DNA from: Neophaeotheca triangularis
Lineage: Eukaryota
Assembly: GCA_054600435.1 (NCBI GenBank)
Contig: BAAIJX010000007.1
Location: 186,001-250,000 of the forward strand
DNA: 64,000 bases
Direction of reading: 5' to 3'
Part shown: piece by piece, positions 14,780 to 26,702 of the stretch
Numbering within the stretch: position 1 is the stretch's first letter
Layout of the letters: every line of letters starts with the position of its first letter
Notes under the pieces: generated by a model
The model's database searches: none
What the model was told of the DNA's origin: nothing
What the model saw: the letters and a program-made list of their open reading frames with translations, nothing else
Made by a program: the position numbers and the translations under genes

Positions 14780-16442
14780 CTATAGCCTAGCGCTAAGCTT
14801 GTCCAGCGTCGTCCCAAGCGCGTACGTGTTACGCGTCTCCTTGCTACGGACCTTGTCCGCATCCTCGCGAGACACTGGCCTCGCCTCCACAGCGGGGTTA
14901 TATTGGAAATTAGACACCTTGATGACTTCCTCGCTCGACATCTTGCGGTTCCTGTCACCATTGGCTCGCTTGTATACCGTGACGACGACTGCTCCTCCCA
15001 AGCCAAGATTATGCTGCAAGGCGACATTGGTGTCGACAAGACGATTGTTGGCCCTGAAGAGGCAAGCAATCAGTACTCATTCGCCACAAGCACCAAGAGG
15101 GCCCTTACCATCCGCGCAATTGCCAGGTCAGTTCGGCGCACTGTGCGAGGCCAGTAGCTCCCAGAGGATGACCTTTCGAGATGAGTCCGCCAGAGGGGTT
15201 GATGACCGGACCTTTACCGCCATAGGTAATGTCACCCTTGCGAACCATCTCGTGCGCCTTGCCGGGTTCCGAGAAGCCAAGCCCGTCCAGCAGGATGAGC
15301 TCGTTGGCCGAGAAGCAATCATGGACTTCTGCGACTTTGACGTCTTTGGGTTCAATATCCGCCTCTTGCATTGCAGCTTTGGCGGCTCTTTTAGTCATGT
15401 CAAAGCCCACAAGATCCATTGAGCTTCGCGAGTACAGTGCTGGCGTGTCTGTCATGAGTGATTGGCCGGCCATCAGGATCGCCTGGTCTTTCAGCTCAGG
15501 TCGGGCGTCGAGGAAACTTTGGGAGACGATAATGGCTGACCCGGCTCCATCGCTGGTGGGACTACACTGCAGTTTTGTGAGTGGAGAGTGGATCATGGGG
15601 GCGTTCATGATCTCATCAAAAGTGTACTCCTTTTGGAATTGCGCATAAGGGTTGCGCTGGGAGTGTTCGTGGCTGATGCGTGCAATCTGAGTTTGGTAGA
15701 GTGTCAGTTTTTTCGTCGATTATCGTCATGAAACTCCCCCTTCCTCACGTACCTCAGCAAAGTCTTCGGGGCGAGCGCCATACCTAGACAATCCATCAGC
15801 AAACCATCGACCAGTCGATCGGCGACATACCACCTACTTCTCCATATACTCCCTCCCAGCATTCGCAAAAAACTGCGCGTTCCTCGGCGAACCGTGCGTG
15901 CCTCTTTCCTCCTCCATCTAAAGCGAAGGAAAAAAGGGAAAGAGTCAGCAGCGAACTCCTAGTAAGGAAAAAGTAAGAAGAAGAAGAAGAAAAAAAAAAC
16001 CCCCCCAAAAAGAACCTACCATCTGCGTACTCAACCCCATCGGACTCGGCCGATCCCCCCAAACACTCTTAATACTGCCAGGACTCATCTGCTCAAATCC
16101 AACAACCATGACCGCATCCACAACCCCACCCCTCACCATGGTCCTCGCGAGCTGCAAACCCGTCGACCCCGTCGCGCAAGCATTGTTGACATTATAAACC
16201 GGAACGCCGGTCATGCCGAACTGATAAAAAACCCGCTGGCCCGACGTCGTGTCGCCGTAGCAGTAGCAAGCGATGCCCATGCCGATGTCGTCGTAGTTTA
16301 TGCGCGCGTCCAGGAGCGCTTTGACGCCGGCTTCGAAGCCGAGGTCCGGGTAGGGGCGCTGTTGGCGCGGTTTGATGAAGGGGGTTAGCCCGACGCCTAG
16401 GACGTAGGCGTTGCCTTGGGGCTGGGTGGTGCGCGGTGGCAT
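14780..16442 (-). CDS. Peroxisomal SCP2/SCPx-type thiolase; exons 16442-16020, 15917-15838, 15783-15753, 15686-15109, 15053-14780
   Basis: NNACATGS, EVHDCFS and SKGHPLGATG motifs; four canonical introns; ends in PTS1-type -ARL. Confidence 0.93.
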
Positions 16443-16477
16443 GGTTTTTGTGGATTTTCTTTCTTTTCGCTCGCTGG

Positions 16478-16507
16478 GCTGTGCTGTGCTGTGCTGTGCT
16501 GTGCTGT
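16478..16507. repeat. (GCTGT)6 pentanucleotide repeat in the thiolase 5' region
   Basis: Six tandem copies read directly. Confidence 0.9.
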
Positions 16508-17141
16508 GTGCGAGCTAAGGGGGTTGGGGATAATGAGGTGGCTTCCTTCCTTTTCGTCTCCCAGGGCTGGGTCGCTGGTACGTTCTCGAGAAATCTTTCT
16601 TGTGTCGGATATCAATCGTCCGTGGGGAGCAGCACTTAGAGAGGGCTCGAAGCTGGGTTCTTTGCAAAGCAAAGGGGTAAACGTGAGAGCAAGGGGATGA
16701 TGGTTAGTGGCGGAGCTAAAACGAAGTGCTGCTTCGATGAAAGATGATCCCGGGTGCTGAGGTTGAGAATGGTGCAATTTCAGGTTCTTAAAGCTCACGA
16801 ATGCCACTTTAATACCATGTCATGATACAGATATATATACACGATGGCTCGCAGATAGCTGGGGTAACTCATAGCTGATTACATACCTTGACCTCGGGTA
16901 AGCTGAAGGACTCCGCAACAACAATCACGTGTTGAAGGTGAGCTAAAAGCGATCGTCAGTCTCATTCTTACATACAAAATTATGGCCTGTACATATCCCA
17001 AATACAATCACGGACCCTCAGAGGCCCTGAAGCCTATATTTCTAGTAGTGTCACGAAAAGAGAAAAAGCCAGCTTCCGCGCCAAACACCATCGCTTAATG
17101 AACAAAAACAAAAAAAAAAAGGCAAAGATTCACTTCCACCT

Positions 17142-20075
17142 TCACCTCCCCACTCTCCAAGACCCATCGGCTACGGTGTCAAACCTCACTTCTCGCCCTG
17201 CTCCTGAAGGCGGACTGCCGTTAATCTTCTTCATCCCGCCTTTCTCCAGCCAGCCCCGTAGATTCTTGCACTGGCTCACGTCGAACTCCTCCAATAACCT
17301 GCAACCATCGACGACGCTCTCGACCCCCTGGCCGGTGACGCGGACGCAACCTCGGACGGACAGGTAGCGGAGCTCGAGCAGGTGCAAACCGATGCAGCGT
17401 AGACTATTGTCCGAGACGGCGGAACCGCAAAAGGCGAGGTTCAAGCGCTGGAGCTGCGGCAGTCCGAGCGCGAGCACTTCCGTCGCCGTGTCCGAGAGCG
17501 CGCAGCAGAAGCTCAGGTCCAGCTCGCGGAGACCGCGACACCCGCCTACGACGCCTACGATGGCTTGGTCGGAGAGGTAGGTGCAGTCGGCTAGGACGAG
17601 GGACTTGAGGTTTTTGAATTCGTACAGGCTCCAGCTGTGGAAGCCCGAGTCTGAAATGCTCGTGCAGCGGGTCAGGTCGAGCGATTCGATGCGGTCCGAG
17701 GCGTGAGCGGCGATGTGCAGCATGCTGCGGTCTTGAATGTGTTTGCAGTAGCTTAGGGTTAGATGTTTGAGCTTCGGCGCACCGATAACTGTGCCGGGTG
17801 GGGGTTGGGTTTGCTCTGGCTGCTGCGAGGCGGTCGAGGAGTTTGATCGTTTGAGGTTCGGGCGTTTTCCATTGCTGGGTGGGGGAGGAGGTGGTGGCTG
17901 GGACGTTGAGTTCTGCTTCTCGGGTACGACCCATCCTACAGTCCGGGCGAGCAAGTTGTCGCCTACTTTTCTGCAATTGCTCAGATCAATCTCTTCTAGC
18001 GCTCTCGCTTTTTCGACCAAGGAGAGAATGGCTGGGCCGGTGACATCCCAGACCGATTTCATGCGCCAAACCTGCGCGCCTTCTCCACAGGCCTCAGCCA
18101 AGAGCTTGAAACCGTCATCTGTCATGTGGAAGCAATTGCTCAAGTCGATGCGTTTGGGTCTGGTGCCGACAAAGGGTATGATGACATCTCGTAGCGCCGC
18201 GTCAGTAACGTACTTATTATACAGCGTTAGATTGAGCGAATGCACAAGATCCGGTGAGGAATTCAGAAGATCGTGCCAATGCGCGCTGACCTGCCGTAGT
18301 CGCATGAGGTCGAGAAGTTCGAGGTGTTGAAAGATCATGACCAAGAGGGGGTCTGGCAAGCGTCCCTTTGAAAGTTGCGTGGGTCGTCGGTCCAGACTGG
18401 GACGTCTTGTGGCAGCAGGAGACAAGCTAGAAGGCGAAGTTGGAGAAGCAGTAGCGGACTCTTTACCTGGGCGCAATGGCGAGGTAGAGAGGAAGCGGGA
18501 GCCAGGGGGGCTGGGGGTTCGATGCGCATCGGTCAAATTGGCGTTGATATTTTCACTGGGTGGCAGTGGCGGTGCCAGGGAGGATCGTCGCGACTTGGCC
18601 CGCATGTTGTCGAGATCAGGGGCGAAGAACGGGTCTGGGTCTATAGGTTCCATCTGCGGCACCGGCGGAAGCTCTTCTTGGGGAGGCTTTTCGAACTTCA
18701 CGGTCGGCAGCGCTTTTCGCCAATCAGTAGGGTCCTCTGATTCGGTACTGACACCCCCTCCAGCGTAGGCCTTGTCGGTGTCCGCATCGGCCATGACAAT
18801 ATCGTCGTCTTTCTTCGCCGCGCTCAATCTTCGCTTCGCTTCATTCTCGACCTGTGAGCGCACGTTCGAGCTACACCGCCTCCACAGATCATCCAGTACT
18901 TCTCCGTTGATCAACAAGCATTCGACAGCATTGACACTTCTAACAGTTGCCGTCCTCCTAGGGGCCAAGGACAAACTAGTGACCTCGCCGAAATACTGAC
19001 CAACTTTTAAAGTGGCTCGCACTTTCTCACTGGTCTCTTCGCCAACATCAGAGGTTTGAAAGCCAGTCGTTTCGCCCGCGATCTTTGACCCTGGTAATGT
19101 GGTAAGGACCTCAACGTCGCCCCGAATGATGAAGTAAACATCACGACCAGTGCTTCCCTGCTGTAAAATATCGGTAAAAGGTGGGAATGACACCGGCAGT
19201 GCGTTAACTCCGAGGAAGTGTAGTATCTCGCTGGGTAGCCCAGAAAACAAAGGCAGCTTCTTGAGCAGCTGTCTGATGGTCAGCGGGGCACTCTCGAGCG
19301 CGCTGCTGCTGGCAGTCTCGGCTATACCAGGCGAGGGCGATTTGCGCTTCTTGTTGCTGGTGACGTCCCCATCGGTCAAAGAACCAGCCTCGCCCATCTC
19401 CACGTCGCCTGCAATCAAATCCCGTGACCTCTTTCTGGGCGCCACTGCCGGTCTTGATAGCTTTTGCTGGCCATTTGCGGTGCTAGAGCCACCACCATGT
19501 TCTTTCTTCCTTCTCTCCAGGATAGCAAGCCTCTCCTGTGCCTCTTCTCGAATCGCGCTTTCAACATCGGGGTACTTTGGAAGCTCTTTCTGTAAGTCCT
19601 CTTTATTCAGCCTCACGACCAGACTACGAACGTTGGCCGCGATTGATGCGGTCCGTGGAATGTCCATCAGGATGCCAATTTCTCCAAAGAATGCCCCCGG
19701 CTTTAGCTCAGTGTATGTGCTCTCTCCGTCTCGACTGGTGACGCGCACGCTGCCACGCACAACCCAATACATTGCTTTTGCATCTTCGCCCTCACGGATG
19801 ATCTCTTGGCTGGGCTGGTAGACGTGTGGACGCAAGCTCTGCCCAATGGAGAGCAGGAAGGACTCTGGTGCGGATTGGAAGAGTGGGAAGGCCTTGAGGC
19901 GGTCGAGAAGCTCGAGGGGAAGACCTGCAATGGTCGAGCTACCCAAGGGCGAGGATCGTACGGGTCGCGAAGGGTTTATACTGCTGTCGTAGGAATGCAA
20001 TAGGGTCGATGGATCAGAGGAGCCAGAAGGGCTACGCAAGGCCGTCTGGCTGGCGCGGTACTGCTGGCGACGCAT
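17142..20075 (-). CDS. Cyclic-nucleotide-binding (x2) / F-box / leucine-rich-repeat protein
   Basis: Two CNB phosphate-binding cassettes (FFGEIGILMDIPRTAS; YFGEVTSLSLAPRRTAT), an F-box (LPDPLLVMIFQHL...VSAHW) and Cys-containing LRRs (LDLSxC...ISD). Intronless, 977 aa. Confidence 0.92.
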   Translation of the reverse strand: MRRQQYRASQTALRSPSGSSDPSTLLHSYDSSINPSRPVRSSPLGSSTIAGLPLELLDRLKAFPLFQSAPESFLLSIGQSLRPHVYQPSQEIIREGEDAKAMYWVVRGSVRVTSRDGESTYTELKPGAFFGEIGILMDIPRTASIAANVRSLVVRLNKEDLQKELPKYPDVESAIREEAQERLAILERRKKEHGGGSSTANGQQKLSRPAVAPRKRSRDLIAGDVEMGEAGSLTDGDVTSNKKRKSPSPGIAETASSSALESAPLTIRQLLKKLPLFSGLPSEILHFLGVNALPVSFPPFTDILQQGSTGRDVYFIIRGDVEVLTTLPGSKIAGETTGFQTSDVGEETSEKVRATLKVGQYFGEVTSLSLAPRRTATVRSVNAVECLLINGEVLDDLWRRCSSNVRSQVENEAKRRLSAAKKDDDIVMADADTDKAYAGGGVSTESEDPTDWRKALPTVKFEKPPQEELPPVPQMEPIDPDPFFAPDLDNMRAKSRRSSLAPPLPPSENINANLTDAHRTPSPPGSRFLSTSPLRPGKESATASPTSPSSLSPAATRRPSLDRRPTQLSKGRLPDPLLVMIFQHLELLDLMRLRQVSAHWHDLLNSSPDLVHSLNLTLYNKYVTDAALRDVIIPFVGTRPKRIDLSNCFHMTDDGFKLLAEACGEGAQVWRMKSVWDVTGPAILSLVEKARALEEIDLSNCRKVGDNLLARTVGWVVPEKQNSTSQPPPPPPPSNGKRPNLKRSNSSTASQQPEQTQPPPGTVIGAPKLKHLTLSYCKHIQDRSMLHIAAHASDRIESLDLTRCTSISDSGFHSWSLYEFKNLKSLVLADCTYLSDQAIVGVVGGCRGLRELDLSFCCALSDTATEVLALGLPQLQRLNLAFCGSAVSDNSLRCIGLHLLELRYLSVRGCVRVTGQGVESVVDGCRLLEEFDVSQCKNLRGWLEKGGMKKINGSPPSGAGREVRFDTVADGSWRVGR

Positions 20076-21260
20076 ATTGGGAAGATGTCAGTAGGAGAGG
20101 AGGGTTGGGCGAGGAACATGGACTGCTGGTGACAGCGGCAAGGATATGTTGCTGTTGGATGGATGAATGCGCGGCGGTGTGCAAAGCAGCGCCTTTGGAT
20201 CGAAGAAAGCCAGCTCTTCTGCAGCTAGCCGAGACTGCGATTGCTGAACGCTCTACGTTGCGTTGTCGTCCATGGCTAAGACTGCAATTGTATGAAGATG
20301 AAGTGGATTTGGAGGAAGTGTGGCCCAAGTGAGTTAGTGGGACTGGGATGGCACCTGAGACAAGTAGTGCGTGTCAGGGAATGTTGCTTGACGCGACCGA
20401 TGCTTCAGCCCTGGTCGAATGATGACATGCAGCTAGCTTTGCTGGTGACGGGTGGGGGAGGGGGGGGGGGGGGGGACGAAAAGGACAGTATAGTATGTAG
20501 TGGAGTGTGAGGAATACAAGGATCAGGTATTATTTGGATTAGGATGAACAGGAAAACTGCGTCGATGGTATGCAGTGTGCGCGGGCAGTAATAATAATAA
20601 TGAGAGCAGGCAATAAGAATAATAACGATGATACTATATGGAGGTGTGTACGAGTAATGAATAATACCTAATAAGGTACCTAGAATAGGGTAGTTACTAG
20701 TAGGTAGCGGTGGTACTATTTAGTTCCACCTTCGTCGGCGGGGCGGGGACAGCTAGAGGGCGTGCAGCATTGGATGGCATGAGGTGGTCACTACTACTGA
20801 TCAAGCACGGAGCCCCACCATCATGGCATGAATATGATCCGCACCGAACCCTCTCGTGCCCTCTCCAATCCAGATTAATATCCAATAATCCAATTCAAGC
20901 AAACCCCCCGGGCATGGGAGCTGGTGGTCACGGCGGCGCGGTGTAGTTGGTTGGCGATTTCAAAAGGGACTTCAGAAGCTGACGCCGTTTCAACATCAAA
21001 ACTCATGCTCATCCTATGTACAACCCAGCACTAATGGCTCCCAAACTAATGCTGTCCCGTCAAGGGACAGGACCAAGCACACCCATGGTATCGAGCAGTA
21101 GAAAGACACAATCAAAGCCATAGCCTACGAAACTCCCAGACTCCATGCGCTCGGAACGGCCAGATTCCATGCCCTTATCCTGTTTTCACACTGCATCACC
21201 GTCTTCGGTCCAACCGGCGTTATATCCTGATGTTCGTCATGTCTCTACCAGGCACCCTCC

Positions 21261-22621
21261 TCATCTTATAACCTCGCTAGTCCGCGAAATCTCCATCGTC
21301 CTCAATATGCCATCCGCAGGCGCCGGGTCGTGCAGCCGCTCTTCGCTGCCGCTACTCCCGTGGCTCTCGCACCCATACCCTCTCGAAGAACTGTCAAAAG
21401 ACGTGACATGCCCACTCGTGACGCGCACGTCGTAGGGCTGCTTTACCCTGGCCACGGAACCCTTGTCCCCCGTTCTCGTAGCATTGCTCGATACTACCGT
21501 CGACGGTGTCGAATTCGAGTGGCTGACGTCTTTCATTTCGACGCCGCCTAGGATCTCGTGGATATTGCGCGGGTCGTACTGTTGTCGGTAGCCTGCGGAC
21601 AGGGTGCGGCGGTTGTGAGCATTTTGAGCGCTCGGGGTTTGGAGGCCGGAGCGTGTGTTGGACCTGCCGCGGCTGCTGAAGGCGGTCTTGGTGCTCTGTA
21701 AGACGGCGCTGAAGAGGGGTTTCAGTGCGGGCAGCGAGGCGGCGATGATTCCCAGGTAGAGTTCTAGGGAGTTCCAGACGAAGAATTCGTAGCCCCAGAA
21801 AGGGTCTGGGTGGTCGAAAAAGGTTGCTTGCTTGTATGCTTTGACGATGGCGGCGGCGCATGCCACAAGACCAAGGCTGAGGATGAAGCCGAGGACGACT
21901 TTGGTGCGGAGGTTGGTCTGGAGCTTGACAATAATAGGGATGGGAAGCAGTGCGAAGATGAAGTCGGTGACGATGTTGATGACGGAGTTTAGGAGACCGA
22001 GGGCACTGAAGGTGTCGTCGGAAAAGCATCTCGCCGTTGCTCGCTGATCAAAGTTCCACACGGCTGATATGGGAACGCAGTTGAAGATCAAGGTGAAGGC
22101 GCATGCTACGCAATAGCATACGATGAAGACTGTTGTGTGTCAGTCAGCAGTTTACATCACACTGGGAGAGGTGGGTCGACCTCACCAATACATGCCCAGA
22201 GAAATCGTTTCCATGACTTCTTGACTGCAAAACGCAGCAGGAACAATGCAATCGATATCTTGACCAGGAAGACCCCTATCATGATGAAGATGGAGTTGAA
22301 ATACTGCCATTGCTGAAAAGGCTTGAAGTCGGACGGCGATATGGTGACGGTATGACGACCCAGCCCATGCTGCCCCTGCGCGCAGAAGGCGACGAATACC
22401 TCGATACCCATGATCATGGCCGCAATCATGACATAGTCATCAGCGCCGATACTTCTGGTCATCCGCGCGCGAACGTACAAGCGTAGAACGACGGCTATTA
22501 AAGCCAATGCACCGAAAGCTCCGCTTGGTCCTAGAATCGCTGCCAGGTTGCTCTCGTCGGCGTACTCCTCTGTGAACTGCGGTGCAGGCGGCGCCTGGCG
22601 TCCTAGAACCGTTGGTGACAT
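21261..22621 (-). CDS. PTH11-like (CFEM-less) integral membrane / GPCR-like protein; exons 22621-22186, 22129-21261
   Basis: LRLYVR...ADDY, HGLGRH, KISIALFLLR, CVPISAVW, DFIFALLPIP and ELYLGIIAASLPALKPL motifs; multiple TM helices; intron 22185-22130. Confidence 0.9.
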
Positions 22622-25479
22622 AGTGTGTCGTTTGTTTGGCTTCCACAGGCAGACATGTGTCGCAGCCGACGTGCCGTGCTCCAACCAGTAAAGCCGATCA
22701 CGCTCCCCTGCGAGCTACGACAGTATGTTGATTGATTTCTGGTTGTTGGTGTAGACAACCCTTGCTGACTCTCGATCACGGCGAGGAATTACCGACCGCT
22801 CTGATATATAACGCGCAGCGAGCTCGACAATGGGTTGATACGTAGGAGTAGCGATCGGTTGTCCATTCCACGAGAATCTCCCGTTCAGTGAGGAAAAGCG
22901 CACTGTAGACAGCGCAGAACCGAATGCGCCACCAGATTCGTTGAAGGATTCGCTATGCCTGGGTTGCTGGGCTAGATACCAAGTCGAGAGCGGTGGCCGC
23001 AGCCAGGGGATGATTTGCGCGCCTAGAAGAGGTTTCTGGGCACACAGGGGAGGAAACCAACGCCACTCGATTCGGATCCAAGACGAGTTGTCGGTCGTGC
23101 AGCAAGAAGTAGCAAGTGACGAGGCTCGTGGCCCGCAGCAGAGCTCAGAGGCGATGTTCACCAGGGCGCCATAGGAGGTAGCTTGGAAGTCATAGCAAGG
23201 TACTTAGCATGTCTCGATTTGTTACCTAGCACGCTAGGATAGGTACAGCTCCATGGCCTGCGCGAACACAGGGACCCACGGCAACCATACTACTGTAAGT
23301 TATAACGAAGCTGCAGCTCGGAGAACTCGCAGACTACTAAGGAAGCTTACATTCCTAGTGGTACCGCTCTTGTGGTGAAATCCGAATCTAGCATTGATTA
23401 CCCCGTCGAAGGAGCCGGGGGTGCTTCCATATTGCTATTGCAAGCGGTCTGCACTCTGCAATTCTAGTGGCCGCCAGATGGTCCAAATGATAGCGTGCTC
23501 GATTCCAAGTCTAGGAGTAATCATTCGCAGGGTTCGCGACAGCCGTTTGGCCGGGAGAGTGAGGGCATGTTGTTGCACGCCAGCGCATGCGGCAGTGCGA
23601 CATGGGTTGAGCGGACTCCAGCACGCGCTTCACATCACTTGATGTAGTGACACTTGTTTTATTGCCCGACTTGACTACTGTACTAGGGGACGAACTCTGT
23701 TGCGCTGATAATAATGGAAGCATCGGAGAGTCCAGGAGACAGAAGTCACAGTGGTGCTCGCCGGATCCAATGCTCGATTTTACCTTTAGGCTGTCTCAAA
23801 TCCCTCCACCGGTTCCTTGCAATTCCGGTTATATAGACTTTCCCATATATATTATAGACTATTGCCATCGGCTGGTTCTTTTCATACAACTAGACCCCGG
23901 TCGCGGGAGCTCGATAATCCTTTGCTCGGTCGTACGTTTCAGAAGGATCGATTGTCTTTCCGCTTGTAGATCCTACTCGAGATCCGGACAAATTGCTCTA
24001 CATAGTGCCATCATGTGAAGATCCGATCATTTGCGTTCACGACGCGAGCTTTAGTGTTCAGCACCTCATCCAGTGATTAATCTTAGCATCTTTGGTCTAC
24101 TCTTAACTTTAGGACCGGCTCTAGGTTCCACTTGCTTTGTATGGGAAGCGTTCGTGGCCAGTGGCGCCACCCAGACTCTGGTGCTAGGTATTTCGTGGAC
24201 CATCGCAGGAGGTAAGTAATAAGTATCTTCAGGTTTTTAATGTGCAATCAGTCTGAGACACTTGGCCTCAGCTTACACCTTCACGCTTCTGAACGGACGC
24301 GGTGGTGATGATCCCAAGCAGTGCCGAGGTCGCTTAATGAATAATAGGTAAGATACCCAGCTAACAGGAGGTAAAGTGGATCACGCCGAAGGGAGAAGAA
24401 AGGCTTGAGGCTTGCTGTTCCCGGCTGCGGAGGAGGCGTACTGGGGTGAAGAGATGAAGCCATACCTATAATACCTACCTAATATATCTTTGAAGGCTAT
24501 AATGTATGGCCCGGCTCGCTCGGTTAGGGAAGAAGAAGTCGGTAGGTGACTGGTCTCCCTCTTAGTACGTGATGTACTGACATTATTATTATTATTGCCA
24601 TGGTAAGGTACCTTACCGTACGGTAATGTACCTGCAGCGGTGACATGGTCTGAAGAAGCTTCCCGAGCCCTGACAGATGAGTATATCTCGATTCTCGTGT
24701 ATCCAGCCTTTGGAACGATTGGCTTCTAGACAGAAACCTTCCTAGTAGTGACTCCGCTAGATACAGACTTTTTATTGACCAAGTTACCTTCGTTGCGGTA
24801 TTGGCGGATTACTGAGGCCTTCTTCTTGGCCATCGCATCCAATAATCATAGGTAGTTAGCTAGCGACAAAGGAATCTGTTGGCATGCCATCACGCGGATT
24901 CACACCATCTTTGGCGAGTGCGAGGTGGGTACTCAGTAGACAGTATAGGGAGTGGACACCGCTGAAAGCATCTGCCAGATCTATGGACCGACCCTTGTTG
25001 GTGCAGATGTTGCCCCTTCGTGCTGCAGCCTTCATCAATCAAGTCCCACGCCTTTACCCGGATATTACATTACAATACCACTCTCACCCATGTATAGACA
25101 TGCCCGTCTTCTAATGTAAACGCCTGCGACGATCACCAAGTCTTCAACTTCCGTACCCTCAGGCCTTCTTTCATCTCTCGTCGGAGCGAGACTACTATTG
25201 CAGCAAGCCTCCACGCTTAGCCTCCGTCTACCCTTCGTGCTACCTCCGCATAGTAGTAGCTTCTAATGTTCACCAAAGCACATGCGAGCCGTCCTCGCCT
25301 CGTCGCAGTAGATCCACTGTAAGATGGGTAGTCCCAAAGGTTAAACTCTCAAATATTTCCCTTGTTCTCACTCCCACCTCCCCTTGTTGCGTTTCATCTT
25401 TCAGCCTTCTACCTCACGGCTTCGTATAGTTGTGACTAGTCCTCAGCACGCGGATCTCGCTTATGGTAACATTAACACC

Positions 25480-26702
25480 ATGCATCTTCTCCCCGCTGTT
25501 GCGGCCCTCGTGCCATTGCTCTCCACCGCCGTGGCGGCAGAGTTCAAGCCAGCTTCCACAGAAGGTACAGACGAGTTGTACCGGCAAGGTCTCGACAACC
25601 TTGCCAAGTACGAGAAAGAACACGGAAGCCCCGAGGGCTGCGACTTGCAAACGAGTGCCATTCGAAAGGAGTGGAGTACGCTCAAGGACCAAGAGAAAAA
25701 GGACTACATCGCCGCGGTCAAGTGCTTGCAAACCAAGCCTGCCATCAGTGGAGATCTCGTCCCAGGCGCCAGGAGCCGCTACGATGACTTTGTCGGCACT
25801 CACATCAACCAAACTCTTTCAATCCACGGGACGGTGAGTTTGATGCGTTTCAATTGATCCATGCGGGTCAATGCTAACTCGCGGATCAGGGCAATTTCCT
25901 CTCATGGCACAGATATTTCAGCTGGAAGTTCGAAGAGTCCCTTCGATCCGAATGTGGCTACGAGGGCTACTTGCCCTACTTGAACTGGGGGCGTTATGCC
26001 AAAGATCTACTCAACGCTCCAGTTTTCGATGGCTCTGAAACCAGCATGTCAGGCAACGGCGCTTTCGTCGAACACGATGGCCCTTCGATCCCTTCCGTCG
26101 ACCAACCGCTCATTGTCCTCCCCGCCGGCGAGGGCGGCGGCTGCATCACATCCGGGCCCTTCAAAGATTACCAAACGAACCTCGGACCCGTGGCGCCCTA
26201 CCTCGAAGACGTCCGAGCCAATCCAAGGCCCGACGGTTTGGGCTACAACCCTCGCTGTCTGCGCCGCGACATAGGCGCCTACGTGGCCAAGCGCGAATCC
26301 ACCGACGCCAACACAACCGCCCTCATCACCGAAAATACCGACATCGGCTCCTTCCAGACCATCATGCAAGGCGTCTTCGACCAAGGCATCGTAGGCGTGC
26401 ACACCGCCGGCCACATGTGGATTGCAGGAGACCCTGGCGGTGACCTCTTCGGCTCGCCCGGTGACCCGTATTTCTTCCTACATCACTCCCAAATCGACCG
26501 CGTCTGGTGGATCTGGCAAAACTTGGACTTGGAAAAGCGGCAGAATGCGCTTGCGGGGACTTTGACGCTATTCAACCAGCCGCCAAGCAGGAACACTTCG
26601 CTTGATGATGTCTTGGAATTGGGTGTCAATGACGGTGAGGGCATCAAGATTAGAGATGCCATGAGCACTCTGGGAGGCCCGTTCTGCTACATCTACGAGT
26701 AG
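25480..26702 (+). CDS. Secreted tyrosinase-family di-copper protein; exons 25480-25833, 25890-26702
   Basis: Signal peptide; CuA His motifs (VGTH, SIHG, FLSWHR); CuB (GVHTAGH, SPGDPYFFLHH); intron 25834-25889. Confidence 0.93.

Noticed and set aside
17753..17762. TTAGGGTTAG telomere-like or telomerase-template-like sequence
   Set aside because: Under two repeats and inside an LRR coding exon; chance.
24281..24463. 60-aa ORF with a hydrophobic segment in the receptor-tyrosinase interval
   Set aside because: No recognisable motif or convincing spliced continuation; cannot be supported without expression data.
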